A stretch of 26,775 bases of DNA, taken from positions 1 to 26,775 of the IMG/VR virus record IMGVR_UViG_3300012953_000184; one strand, given 5' to 3'. The notes below the pieces were generated by a model. That model was given only the letters and a program-made list of their open reading frames with translations. It had not been told where the DNA came from and did no database searches. Position numbers and translations under genes: made by a program. The DNA comes from a virus (taxonomy: Duplodnaviria > Caudoviricetes). Numbering within the stretch: the first letter of the stretch is position 1; every line of letters begins with the position of its first letter. This document shows, piece by piece, positions 9,340 to 17,542 of this stretch.

Positions 9340-10097
9340 GTTACGGAAGTATATATCGATATTTATGGATTGGTCATCCAAGCACTGGTACAGTGGGCAG
9401 TGTGGCTACATTTAATGACTTGCCTTTAGCATCTGAACATACAGGTCAGTTTTGGAATGTGGCACAGGGTAGCGGTGGCGTTGTTGTTGCAGGTCGTAGA
9501 TTTTATGGGAAAGATTCTGGTAGGTATCAATCAGACGGAACAACGTGGAAAAAAAGAGATGAAACTGATGCTTCGGACATAGCCATTGACCCTGCCCAAT
9601 ATGATATTATTACAGCTACCAATTTACGTGATGGCTTAAAAGAACTTGCTTCGGCTGTTGCTCTTAATGTTGGCAACCGTCCAACGGGAATACCAGTTCC
9701 ATGGGCAGCCCCCATTAGTAGTATGCCAGCAGGGTATTTGCATTGCAACGGTCAGAGCGTAAGCAGAACAACCTACTCGGCACTTTTTGCTGTTATAGGG
9801 ACTTCCCATGGTAGTGTAGATGCAAACTCATTTAACGTTCCCGATTATAGGGATATGTTTTTACGTGGTGCAAGCGACACAAGAGCTGTAAACACCTACC
9901 AAGCGGATGAAATTAAGCAGCATAGTCACCTTTACGACAAATTTTACAACACAACTGAATATGCCTCCAACTTTTTTAATACAAATGAATCTACTGGCGA
10001 TGAAACCAATCAGTACAGTACTGTAGCGACATCTAATACAGGCGGATCTGAAACCCGACCTAAAAACAAGTCTGTACACTATATAATAAAAACATAA
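9336..10097 (+). CDS. Tail fibre protein with phage tail collar domain
   Basis: PTGIPVPWA...PAGYLHCNGQSVSRTTYSALFAVIG...FNVPDYRDMFLRG and terminal GGSETRPKNKSVHYIIK. Confidence 0.85.
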   Translation: MSYGSIYRYLWIGHPSTGTVGSVATFNDLPLASEHTGQFWNVAQGSGGVVVAGRRFYGKDSGRYQSDGTTWKKRDETDASDIAIDPAQYDIITATNLRDGLKELASAVALNVGNRPTGIPVPWAAPISSMPAGYLHCNGQSVSRTTYSALFAVIGTSHGSVDANSFNVPDYRDMFLRGASDTRAVNTYQADEIKQHSHLYDKFYNTTEYASNFFNTNESTGDETNQYSTVATSNTGGSETRPKNKSVHYIIKT

Positions 10098-10098
10098 T

Positions 10099-11304
10099 AT
10101 GGCACTGTCTGATATTTACCAAAAAGCAAGTATTGCATTAATACCAAGCGGTTACAAAGCGAGTGGAGCTAAACTGTATTCTGTTGTGCCTAATAACGGA
10201 GATGGCGATTTTACAGTAAGTAGCGATGCAGATGCTACAAGAGTAAACAAAGACGGTTTAATAGAAAGCGTATCAGCTAACCAAGCAAGGTTAAACTATG
10301 ACCCTTCTAGTCCACAAGACCCACATTTACTATTAGAGCCTACAAGGACTAACAATGCAAGTAGAAGCGAAACACCACAAGACGGAAGTTGGTCAGACCC
10401 TTTAGGCGAATGGACTTTATTAACAGAAACAACAACAAGCCCAAGAGGAGACCAAACAAGAGTATTTGATTTAGAAGATAGTAGTGGTACTCTTATTAGG
10501 TGTCAAGATTTTTCGATTGCAGCAGGTACTTACACTGTGTCTTTTTATATTAAAGATATTGGTGGCAATCTAACAGGCGGTTTTGTAGATATTGGCGATG
10601 AAGGTTTGGGCGATACAACACCGTCTTTATCAACAGTAGGTAGTGAATGGGTAAGGGTATCAAGGACTATTACAACTACATCTACAAAATTGTTTCTTGA
10701 TATACAGCCTTCTTTTACAGGAAGCACAAACAAGGTCGGTATATGGGGTTTACAATTAGAAGCAGGAAGCTACCCAACAAGCTATATACAAACAACAGGT
10801 ATAGCAGCAGTTACAAGAACAGCAGATAGTGTACAAATAAATGATTTTGCTAACGCTCCAACCGACTACCCATTTACTATATTTTGTGATTTTGATTTAG
10901 TAAAAACAGGTCAAAAGTCTTTTATGTTCAGTTTTTTATGGTTAGCATCTTCAAGTAATTACTTTGCAGTTGGCTATAATGTAGACGGTGGAGGTAACTT
11001 TTTTAAGTTTGAAAACAGGGCGCAAGGTACTGTATTAGGTGTTAAGACCACAAGTACTTATACAGAGGGTAGATATAAATTAGCCATAAAGTTTGTTTCA
11101 TCTACAAATTTTAAAGCGTTCATTGATGGGCTTGAGGTGGCAGACCATACACATACAGCTGTATCTTTTAATTCTGCTATAAAAGATTTTCTTTTAGGTC
11201 AATTAAGGGTCGTATCAGATACAGGAGATAGAACACCAATTCATCAATTTATGGTATTTAACGAAGCACTATCAGACAGCGAACTACAAACACTAACAAG
11301 CTAA
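10099..11304 (+). CDS. Fibre/spike structural protein with carbohydrate-binding-like and LamG-like regions
   Basis: ATRVNKDGLIE, LLLEPTRTN, WGLQLEAGSYPTSYIQT, C-terminal FNEALSDSELQTLTS. Confidence 0.7.
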   Translation: MALSDIYQKASIALIPSGYKASGAKLYSVVPNNGDGDFTVSSDADATRVNKDGLIESVSANQARLNYDPSSPQDPHLLLEPTRTNNASRSETPQDGSWSDPLGEWTLLTETTTSPRGDQTRVFDLEDSSGTLIRCQDFSIAAGTYTVSFYIKDIGGNLTGGFVDIGDEGLGDTTPSLSTVGSEWVRVSRTITTTSTKLFLDIQPSFTGSTNKVGIWGLQLEAGSYPTSYIQTTGIAAVTRTADSVQINDFANAPTDYPFTIFCDFDLVKTGQKSFMFSFLWLASSSNYFAVGYNVDGGGNFFKFENRAQGTVLGVKTTSTYTEGRYKLAIKFVSSTNFKAFIDGLEVADHTHTAVSFNSAIKDFLLGQLRVVSDTGDRTPIHQFMVFNEALSDSELQTLTS

Positions 11305-11630
11305 TGGAACTATTTAAGAAATACGAGTTTAACACAAAGAAACAAGCAGAAAAAAAAATAGCTGCACTTCCACATACTACAGACGATATAACAGAAGTAA
11401 GTTTTTTAGGCGGTGGGCATACTATTGTACACTTAGGTTATTTACTTAAAAACACTCCTGAGTGGGATGCTAAAGGCAATGAGATAGTTGCACCTCAATA
11501 CGCTGACAAATACAGCGTAGATGTGCTTTGGAAGGATTTAGACGAAAGCCCTCACGGTTGGAAGTCTTATGAAATTAATGTGGAAGGGAACGGTGTACAC
11601 ACATTTTTAGGTAGAAACTTTAACGAATAA
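11304..11630 (+). CDS. Hypothetical protein (possible fibre chaperone)
   Basis: TAATG coupling to the fibre gene; FKKYEF...YSVDVLW...GVHTFLG. Confidence 0.65.
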   Translation: MELFKKYEFNTKKQAEKKIAALPHTTDDITEVSFLGGGHTIVHLGYLLKNTPEWDAKGNEIVAPQYADKYSVDVLWKDLDESPHGWKSYEINVEGNGVHTFLGRNFNE

Positions 11631-11634
11631 TAAA

Positions 11635-11802
11635 ATGGATTTTACTGATTTAAGAGTGTATTTATTGAACTTATCAGCGATAACAGCAAGTACTTTTGAC
11701 TTGATAGAAGATGGGCTGAAGCTATTGTTACTTTTAGTGTCAATAGTATATACAATTCAGAAAATATGCGACCAAAAAAACAGGAATAAAAAAAAGAAAT
11801 AA
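11635..11802 (+). CDS. Small membrane protein, holin-like (55 aa), not in the ORF track
   Basis: MDFTDLRVYLLNLSAITAS...LKLLLLLVSIVYTIQK...NKKKK: hydrophobic segments plus basic tail, upstream of the endolysin. Confidence 0.65.
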   Translation: MDFTDLRVYLLNLSAITASTFDLIEDGLKLLLLLVSIVYTIQKICDQKNRNKKKK

Positions 11803-11873
11803 TGTGTCCAACATGTATAACAATAACCTGTATGCTAGTTATTGCATACTATAAATTTAGAAAAAATGCCTGA
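11802..11873 (+). CDS. Tiny ORF (23 aa, MCPTCITITCMLVIAYYKFRKNA)
   Basis: TAATG coupling to the upstream stop; overlaps the next ORF. Confidence 0.35.
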   Translation: MCPTCITITCMLVIAYYKFRKNA

Positions 11874-11907
11874 TTGCCCTTTTTGCATCAATTGCGGTCT
11901 ATGTTAA
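11866..11907 (+). CDS. Tiny Cys-rich ORF (13 aa, MPDCPFCINCGLC)
   Basis: Overlaps the previous stop and the endolysin ATG; CxxCxxCxxC pattern. Confidence 0.35.
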   Translation: MPDCPFCINCGLC

Positions 11908-12266
11908 AATATTTTAACTATGAAGAGTTTGACAGCCCTGATGTTCAGGGTAGCGGTCAAATGATGGACAATGAGTTCTTGGAATTGCTTGACGATATCC
12001 GAGAGCTTTATGGAAAGCCTATGGTTATTACTAGCGGATACAGGACACAGCAATACAATGAAACTTTAAAACACTCAAGCAAATACAGCAGCCATTGTAA
12101 GGGCTTGGCAGCGGACATTGCTGTAGATAATTCAAAAGATAGGTATAGGCTTATTTACGCAGCCATTGAGTACGGAGTGCCACGCATAGGAATGGGCAAA
12201 AACTTTGTACACCTTGATTGTGATTTCGATAAACCTATTAATGTAATGTGGCACTACTATGAATAA
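11901..12266 (+). CDS. Endolysin, peptidase M15 family (Zn-dependent)
   Basis: KYFNYEEF, ITSGYR, SSHCKGLAADI, FVHLD motifs; ATG at 11901 preferred to TTG at 11874. Confidence 0.88.
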   Translation: MLKYFNYEEFDSPDVQGSGQMMDNEFLELLDDIRELYGKPMVITSGYRTQQYNETLKHSSKYSSHCKGLAADIAVDNSKDRYRLIYAAIEYGVPRIGMGKNFVHLDCDFDKPINVMWHYYE

Positions 12267-12657
12267 GATAATACAATTTTTCAGCAAAGATGTTATTGGA
12301 GCTGTAGGCAAAGTCATTGACGACTTGTTTACCAATGACGAAGAGCGCATAAGAGCTAAAAACGAAGTTTTAAGGATTTTAAAAGAAAAGGAGCTTGAGC
12401 TTCAAAAAATGCAGACTAACATAATACTAGAGGAAAGCAAAGGAAACTGGTTGCAGAGATCATGGCGACCTATACTGATGCTAGGCTTTGGTTTTATTGT
12501 CATGTACAACAAGTTTTTTGCACCTGCTTTTGGCTTACCTAACGCAGAACTAGAGGGCGAGTTCTGGAATTTACTCCAATTGGGTATAGGTGGCTATGTA
12601 ATAGGCAGGAGCGCAGAGAAAATTGCAAAAGAAGTAATCATAACAAAGAAAAAGTGA
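12259..12657 (+). CDS. Holin, 3TM (GTA-type) family
   Basis: IDDLFTNDEER, ESKGNWLQRSWRP, LGIGGYVIGRSAEK; follows the endolysin. Confidence 0.8.
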   Translation: MNKIIQFFSKDVIGAVGKVIDDLFTNDEERIRAKNEVLRILKEKELELQKMQTNIILEESKGNWLQRSWRPILMLGFGFIVMYNKFFAPAFGLPNAELEGEFWNLLQLGIGGYVIGRSAEKIAKEVIITKKK

Positions 12658-13715
12658 AAAAGCACATTCCACGAACACGATTAAAAGAGGATGAGTACGA
12701 ACTTATCGAGCAATACCGGGGTCTGAAAAACGCTGCTGATACGGTAGATGTACATCTGTCTTGGGTAAAACTGGTGTGGCTTAAAACAAAAGCGGTTTCT
12801 GCTTTAATTACCAACCCAACCTACAAGTCGCCGCAAGAACGTTTTATTGATATTGATTTTACATCAATTATCAAAAAGCACATCAAGCCACTAAAATACA
12901 CTCCAACCGCAATCAAATCTAAATACCTATTTGATAGGCTGGTGTACGCGGACGTACATACAGGAATGACTCCCAATGAAAATGGTTTTTCGTTATATGG
13001 TGGTAAGTGGAACGAAAGGGAATTGATCAAGTCTGCCGAGAAAATGGTAAGACTTGTTTTAGAAGAAAAGAAATCAAATACACTTTATATTGATGACCTT
13101 GGTGATTTAATGGACGGGTGGGATGGCGAAACTGTTCGTAAAGGTCATAAGCTGCCTCAAAATATGGATAACGAAAAAGCGTTTGACACGGCACTAAAAT
13201 TCAAGCTCTATATACTAGATGCATTGTGCGACAAATATGAAAAAATAGTGTGTAGGAATATCTGTAACGACAATCATTCTGGGAGTTTTGGCTATGTTGT
13301 AAATTCAGCTATTAAAAACATTTCAGATGTCAAGTATTGCAATGTTGAAACGTTTAATCAGCGTAAGTTTATGGATGTTTACACACACGATAACCATAGT
13401 TTTATACTGACTCACGGTAAAGATAGTAAAGCGTTGAAGTTTGGTTTTAAACCGCATTTGGATAAGAAGTCGGAAAATAAGATTGATAATTTTATTAAGC
13501 ATAACAAAGTGGGCGACAAAATAGAGTTTAGTAAAGGTGACAGTCATCAGATGATTTTTGACGATGCCACGTCCGATACATTTGGTTATTATAATTACCC
13601 CGCATTAAGCCCAAGTAGTGAGTGGGTGCAAACGAATTTTCAGAAAGGCAAACGTGGGTTTGTCTTTTTTAATTTTAGAAAGGACAGAAAATCCACGCAT
13701 CCTTACTTTTTTTAG
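12654..13715 (+). CDS. Calcineurin-like metallophosphoesterase
   Basis: Five motifs in the expected order: ADVHTG, LGDLMDG, NDNH, LTHG, GDSH. Confidence 0.75.
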   Translation: MKKHIPRTRLKEDEYELIEQYRGLKNAADTVDVHLSWVKLVWLKTKAVSALITNPTYKSPQERFIDIDFTSIIKKHIKPLKYTPTAIKSKYLFDRLVYADVHTGMTPNENGFSLYGGKWNERELIKSAEKMVRLVLEEKKSNTLYIDDLGDLMDGWDGETVRKGHKLPQNMDNEKAFDTALKFKLYILDALCDKYEKIVCRNICNDNHSGSFGYVVNSAIKNISDVKYCNVETFNQRKFMDVYTHDNHSFILTHGKDSKALKFGFKPHLDKKSENKIDNFIKHNKVGDKIEFSKGDSHQMIFDDATSDTFGYYNYPALSPSSEWVQTNFQKGKRGFVFFNFRKDRKSTHPYFF

Positions 13716-13783
13716 GCTATAGCAGTTACTGTGCTATAACTTTTTCTTATTATAATATAACTTTATCTATATTTCAATGACAA

Positions 13784-13960
13784 ATGCAGGCATTTAATGA
13801 TCTTATCATATCTGTTAAAAGAGACTTCAATGACACGATTAAGGTTGGTGAAGTAGACTTATATCTTGATAAGAAAATGTCTTCTTTGCGTGCAGCAAAC
13901 AGGATAGGAAAGGTGGTTAAGCTGCCGCTTATGCAAAAAACTTCAAAAAACAAGCGATAG
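13784..13960 (+). pseudogene. Short ORF (58 aa), possibly a truncated gene remnant next to attP
   Basis: MQAFNDLIISVKRDFNDTIKVGEVDLYLDKK...NRIGKVVKLPL, then a K-rich end; resemblance to phage GroES-like N-termini is from recollection and unverified. Confidence 0.35.
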
Positions 13961-14027
13961 GCTGCGGAGTTATTATTGGAGGGCATACAGCAATAAATTG
14001 TCTTATGGAACTCTAAATATTAGCTAA

Positions 14028-14050
14028 ACTTGTCGCTATCTATGTCGCTA
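14028..14050 (+). repeat. attP arm repeat, left copy (ACTTGTCGCTATCTATGTCGCTA; 2x TGTCGCT)
   Basis: 20/23 identical to 14207-14229; flanks the tRNA-like core. Confidence 0.75.
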
Positions 14051-14071
14051 TAAGACAATCTACTCTGTTAA

Positions 14072-14095
14072 TTGCGGTCTGGACGGGAAACGAAC
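14072..14095 (-). other. Putative attP core: 3' end of a tRNA (tRNA-Asp-like)
   Basis: Minus strand reads GTTCGtttCCCGTCCAGACCGCAA, i.e. T-loop, T-stem and acceptor 3' strand; matches my recollection of the flavobacterial tRNA-Asp end GTTCGAGTCCCGTCCAGACCGC; about 150 bp upstream of the integrase. Confidence 0.75.
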
Positions 14096-14206
14096 ATTAT
14101 GTCCGCTAATGTCCAATCTACAGGACAAAATATGGTTAAAATCACTGTAAAAACAGCTTTTTCTTTAATTGTCTTGTCCACCTAAATGGACATTAAAGCC
14201 CATTTT

Positions 14207-14229
14207 ACTTGTCGCTATCCTTGTCGCTG
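14207..14229 (+). repeat. attP arm repeat, right copy (ACTTGTCGCTATCCTTGTCGCTG)
   Basis: Direct repeat of 14028-14050, immediately upstream of the int start. Confidence 0.75.
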
Positions 14230-14243
14230 CCTATATTTAAGGC

Positions 14244-15431
14244 ATGTATTTTTATTTAAAAAACAAAAACACTAACTCAAAGACCTTAATACTTTTAAGA
14301 TATTACGTTGCCAAAGATAGAAAATTGTTTCAGTTATCTACTAAACTTTCTATTAAACCTTCTGACTGGTCTTTTGACAATAGAATGCCTACTCCCAAGC
14401 GTGGACTTGCAAGTGTAGAGAGCAGGCAGCTAACTAATAAGCTAAACCGTATTAATGAGAAGCTACAGGCGGTACTGCTGCATTATGGTAAAGACGTTAG
14501 AGTAGAAAACCTAAAGGAAGCATTTGCACCAAAAAAAAATAAAGAAAACGTTGAGCCTTTGTTTTTAGAATTTATAGAGGAAAAAAAAATACAAGGCACG
14601 CTCAACAAGTCAAGCATACAAAAGTACAATGTGGTGTTTGATAAATACAAAAGCTTTTGTGCAAAACAACACACCAAGTACAAGATAATGCAGCTCAACG
14701 ATGATTTCTACATTGCTTTTTTAAGTTATATGCGGCACGATCACGGCTTAAACGACAACACGCTTTCTCGTTATTTTGTCTGTTTTAAAACATTTGTACT
14801 GTGGTGTCAGCGCAAAGGCATAGAGATTAATACAGACTATAAAAAAGTAACTGTAAAAGAGTATGAAGCAGATGGTATTGCGCTTACTGTTGAAGATGTT
14901 AAGACGCTAGAACAGGCAGAACTCACTGGCGCAGAGGAAAAGGCTAGGGATTTGTTTTTAATTGGTGTGTATTCGGGTCAAAGGTTTTCAGACTACAGCG
15001 TGTTTGACAAGGCAGACGTGCAAGGTAAGTTTATAATAAAACGAGCAGAAAAGACAGAGAAGCACAGTTATATACCGCTTCACAATAAGCTAAAAGATTT
15101 GCTTGACAAGTACGACTGGAGGCTGCCAAAGATAAGCTCGCAGAAGTTTAATGTAAGGATCCAAGCGGTATGTAAGAAATTAGGCTTTGATGAGCAGATA
15201 AAGAAAACTACCTATAAAGGCAAGGATAAGACTGTAGAGATTATACCAAAGTGGCGCATGGTAGCATCGCACACAGCCAGAAGAACCTATACCACACTGG
15301 CGTGTGAGGCAGGAATAGCAGACCATTTCATCATGGCTGTTACTGGCATAAAAGACCCCAAGACACTACAGAAATACAAAAAGCTAAATAAAGAAATGCT
15401 TTTTAAGTCTTCTGCTTCTTTTTGGGTTTAG
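14244..15431 (+). CDS. int: Tyrosine recombinase / phage integrase
   Basis: N-terminal arm-binding-like region, RDLFLIGVYSGQRFSD, AEKT, SHTARRT, C-terminal QKY; adjacent to attP. Confidence 0.93.
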   Translation: MYFYLKNKNTNSKTLILLRYYVAKDRKLFQLSTKLSIKPSDWSFDNRMPTPKRGLASVESRQLTNKLNRINEKLQAVLLHYGKDVRVENLKEAFAPKKNKENVEPLFLEFIEEKKIQGTLNKSSIQKYNVVFDKYKSFCAKQHTKYKIMQLNDDFYIAFLSYMRHDHGLNDNTLSRYFVCFKTFVLWCQRKGIEINTDYKKVTVKEYEADGIALTVEDVKTLEQAELTGAEEKARDLFLIGVYSGQRFSDYSVFDKADVQGKFIIKRAEKTEKHSYIPLHNKLKDLLDKYDWRLPKISSQKFNVRIQAVCKKLGFDEQIKKTTYKGKDKTVEIIPKWRMVASHTARRTYTTLACEAGIADHFIMAVTGIKDPKTLQKYKKLNKEMLFKSSASFWV

Positions 15432-15570
15432 TAAGTGATTTTTTCACCTTATTAAAATAAACCCTTAAATACTCTTGTTCTAATTTCCTTAATTCTTTTT
15501 TTGTATATGATTTTCTTAACTTTTTCGACTTAATCATATCCATAAAAAAGTCCGTAAAATCTTTCCCCAT
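15403..15570 (-). CDS. Small basic hypothetical protein (55 aa), convergent with and overlapping int; not in the ORF track
   Basis: MGKDFTDFFMDMIKSKKLRKSYTKKELRKLEQEYLRVYFNKVKKSLTKPKKKQKT; open for 56 codons in very AT-rich DNA. Confidence 0.45.
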   Translation of the reverse strand: MGKDFTDFFMDMIKSKKLRKSYTKKELRKLEQEYLRVYFNKVKKSLTKPKKKQKT

Positions 15571-15839
15571 AATTATACAGTTGTTACTCCTTATTTTAAT
15601 TTATCTGGGGATTTGTTGTTGTTTTATAGACGATTGTCATGCTGTTACTCCAAAAATTAACTTTTTGGTTATTTCGTTAGCATTGTATCGCACAATTAAA
15701 ACATTTGTTTCTGCTTTGTTTTTTTTTAATTTTTAAGCCCTATAATATAAGGAATTTTTATTTAATATAAATTAAAATTTAATTTAATTTAATTTTAAGA
15801 AGGTTTTTTTACGATTTTAACAATTAATAATATTTGCAT

Positions 15840-16406
15840 TTAGTCCTTACAAATACCTACATTTAGTTCTGCATTATTAATTTTATCTATCTCTAATAGT
15901 ATGTTCATTAGGTATTCGGAAAACCGCTCATCCATATTGTCTTTTATAATCATGGAGCTGTAGTTTCTTTTGTTGGTGTATTTTACTGCCTTTATTTTGC
16001 TGCTCTTAAAGAGGCTCTCCTTACCGCCAATGTCAAAATAATTTTCATCTTCGCAGTTAAATTTTTTCCAATTAACTAGCTGTGTTTTCTCGCCATTCTC
16101 AAAAATAATATCTAAGGTGCTTTCTTCTTCCACACAGCCATCTATGCCTGAAACTTTTAAATAAAAGGAGCTTGGTTTAATTTTTCCTTCTTCTTCTTTT
16201 AAAAACAGCATGCCAAGCATGCCTTGTGTACTCATATCGCCTCCGTCTTTAAATCCTATCATACCATCAATAGTACTTACAGATACTTTGTCGGTAAACT
16301 CGTCAACCGTTTTACAGATTAGTTTAGAGGTAATGGCTTGTTGGTCATTTTGGGCGTTGCCACTAACGCCTACAAATAGTATTAGTAATAATAATAAGTA
16401 GTTCAT
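15840..16406 (-). CDS. Exported protein with signal peptide (lysogen-expressed accessory gene)
   Basis: MNYLLLLLILFVGVSGNA-QND signal peptide (start 16406; in-frame ATG also at 16436); four Cys; downstream of the repressor on the same strand. Confidence 0.7.
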   Translation of the reverse strand: MNYLLLLLILFVGVSGNAQNDQQAITSKLICKTVDEFTDKVSVSTIDGMIGFKDGGDMSTQGMLGMLFLKEEEGKIKPSSFYLKVSGIDGCVEEESTLDIIFENGEKTQLVNWKKFNCEDENYFDIGGKESLFKSSKIKAVKYTNKRNYSSMIIKDNMDERFSEYLMNILLEIDKINNAELNVGICKD

Positions 16407-16455
16407 TTTTGTTGATTTGGGGGTTAAATATTTCATTTTTGTTCATTTAGGGGTT
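16402..16455 (-). repeat. Tandem 24-bp leader repeat, period 30 (AACCCC[T/C]AAAT[G/C]AACAAAAATGAA)
   Basis: 16402-16425 vs 16432-16455 match at 22/24; each copy ends in an in-frame ATG. Confidence 0.75.
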
Positions 16456-16456
16456 T

Positions 16457-16978
16457 TTATTTTTCATTTAAGTACTTGTTTAGCTCATTTACTAAATAGT
16501 TTATTTTATCTGTTATTTCTTTAGCATTTTTATGCATAATTAAGACCGTTTCTTTGAGCTTCAGCATTTCTGTTTCGTTTGAGTTTGCCAAATCTTCTAT
16601 TGAGTCAGTCTTAACCATAAACATATCTGCAATCTCGTCTAGTTTATCTAATATAGGAAGGGCAGCATGGTTGTCTCGTTGATCTATTTTACCTGGCAAG
16701 TCAAATTCTATAAATTCTATGACTTGCTGCGCTGTTACTGTTCTATCTTCTTCTTTTGATTGTTTGTCTTCTTCTTTTCCATATAGTAGCCACTTCTCAG
16801 AAATGTCTGGAAATGCGGTTATAATTCTTTCTACCGTCTTTCCACTAGGTTTTCTGTTTTCTTTTATAAGCAGATGTATTGTTGTTGGGGAATTAAGTCC
16901 AATAATTCTACAAAAATCTGCTACTGATAGCTCTTTTTCTTTTAATATCTTTTTTATTCTACCAGAGTAGCCCTTCAT
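16457..16978 (-). CDS. CI-like XRE-family HTH repressor
   Basis: RIKKILKEKELSVADFCRIIGLNSPTTIH...RKPS...FPDISEKWLLYGK; divergent from the early operon; no obvious S24 peptidase domain. Confidence 0.85.
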   Translation of the reverse strand: MKGYSGRIKKILKEKELSVADFCRIIGLNSPTTIHLLIKENRKPSGKTVERIITAFPDISEKWLLYGKEEDKQSKEEDRTVTAQQVIEFIEFDLPGKIDQRDNHAALPILDKLDEIADMFMVKTDSIEDLANSNETEMLKLKETVLIMHKNAKEITDKINYLVNELNKYLNEK

Positions 16979-17014
16979 TTTTTCTTATGTTTTTTTAAGA
17001 AAATCTATCACAAT

Positions 17015-17057
17015 TTTGTATTAGTGTAAATTATTATTATATTTGTGTAATAATTTA
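17015..17057 (+). promoter_or_regulatory. Bacteroidota-type early promoter with overlapping inverted repeat (candidate operator)
   Basis: TTTG (17015-18), N19, TATATTTG (17038-45) fit the -33/-7 consensus; TAAATTATTA (17027-36) and TAATAATTTA (17048-57) form an inverted pair around the -7 box. Confidence 0.65.
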
Positions 17058-17098
17058 TTAAATAGCGATAAATTAATTCTCAATTAATATAACAAATA

Positions 17099-17356
17099 AT
17101 GAGCCAAAACACAGAAAGTTTAGAAAATATAAAAGAATTGTACAAACAAGTAGAACGCAAAAAAGTGTTTATAGAGCTGTTGTCAAGAGAGTTTAATCTC
17201 GCACCTGCATCAATACGCAATAATTGGTTTTATGGTTTTTATTCAATTCCTCAAAAACATCACAAAAGGCTTACAGAGCTATTGCAAAGAACAATAGCTG
17301 CTCAAAATTGCAGACGCAAAATTGCTGCACATAACTACAAAATAGAAGAAGTATGA
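17099..17356 (+). CDS. Cro-like/early regulatory protein (putative)
   Basis: First gene divergent from the repressor; helical with HTH-like LSREFNLAPASIRNNW. Confidence 0.5.
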   Translation: MSQNTESLENIKELYKQVERKKVFIELLSREFNLAPASIRNNWFYGFYSIPQKHHKRLTELLQRTIAAQNCRRKIAAHNYKIEEV

Positions 17357-17538
17357 TATACCTAGAAGAGGGAATATATTTAAGTGTACAAGAGGTTGCT
17401 CTACACGTAGGAAAGTGTAATAAAACAATTCGACGTCATATTTGGAAAGGAAAAATACAAGCCTACCGAATTGGCAGAGGAGACTACCTAATATTTAAAG
17501 ATCAGTTTCCTAAATATAAAGATCAATGCAAAAACTAG
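17353..17538 (+). CDS. Excisionase-like HTH (HTH_17) DNA-binding protein
   Basis: YLSVQEVALHVGKCNKTIRRHIWKGKIQAYRIG. Confidence 0.8.
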   Translation: MIYLEEGIYLSVQEVALHVGKCNKTIRRHIWKGKIQAYRIGRGDYLIFKDQFPKYKDQCKN

Positions 17539-17542
17539 AAAT

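Noticed and set aside
14072-14095. A functional tRNA gene
   Set aside because: Only the 3' ~20 nt are present; there is no anticodon or D arm.
14244-15431. The integrase as an integron integrase serving the cassette array
   Set aside because: It has an N-terminal arm-binding-like region, sits at a tRNA-type attP and is over 7 kb from the array; I see no IntI-like motifs. An IntI HMM search would settle it.
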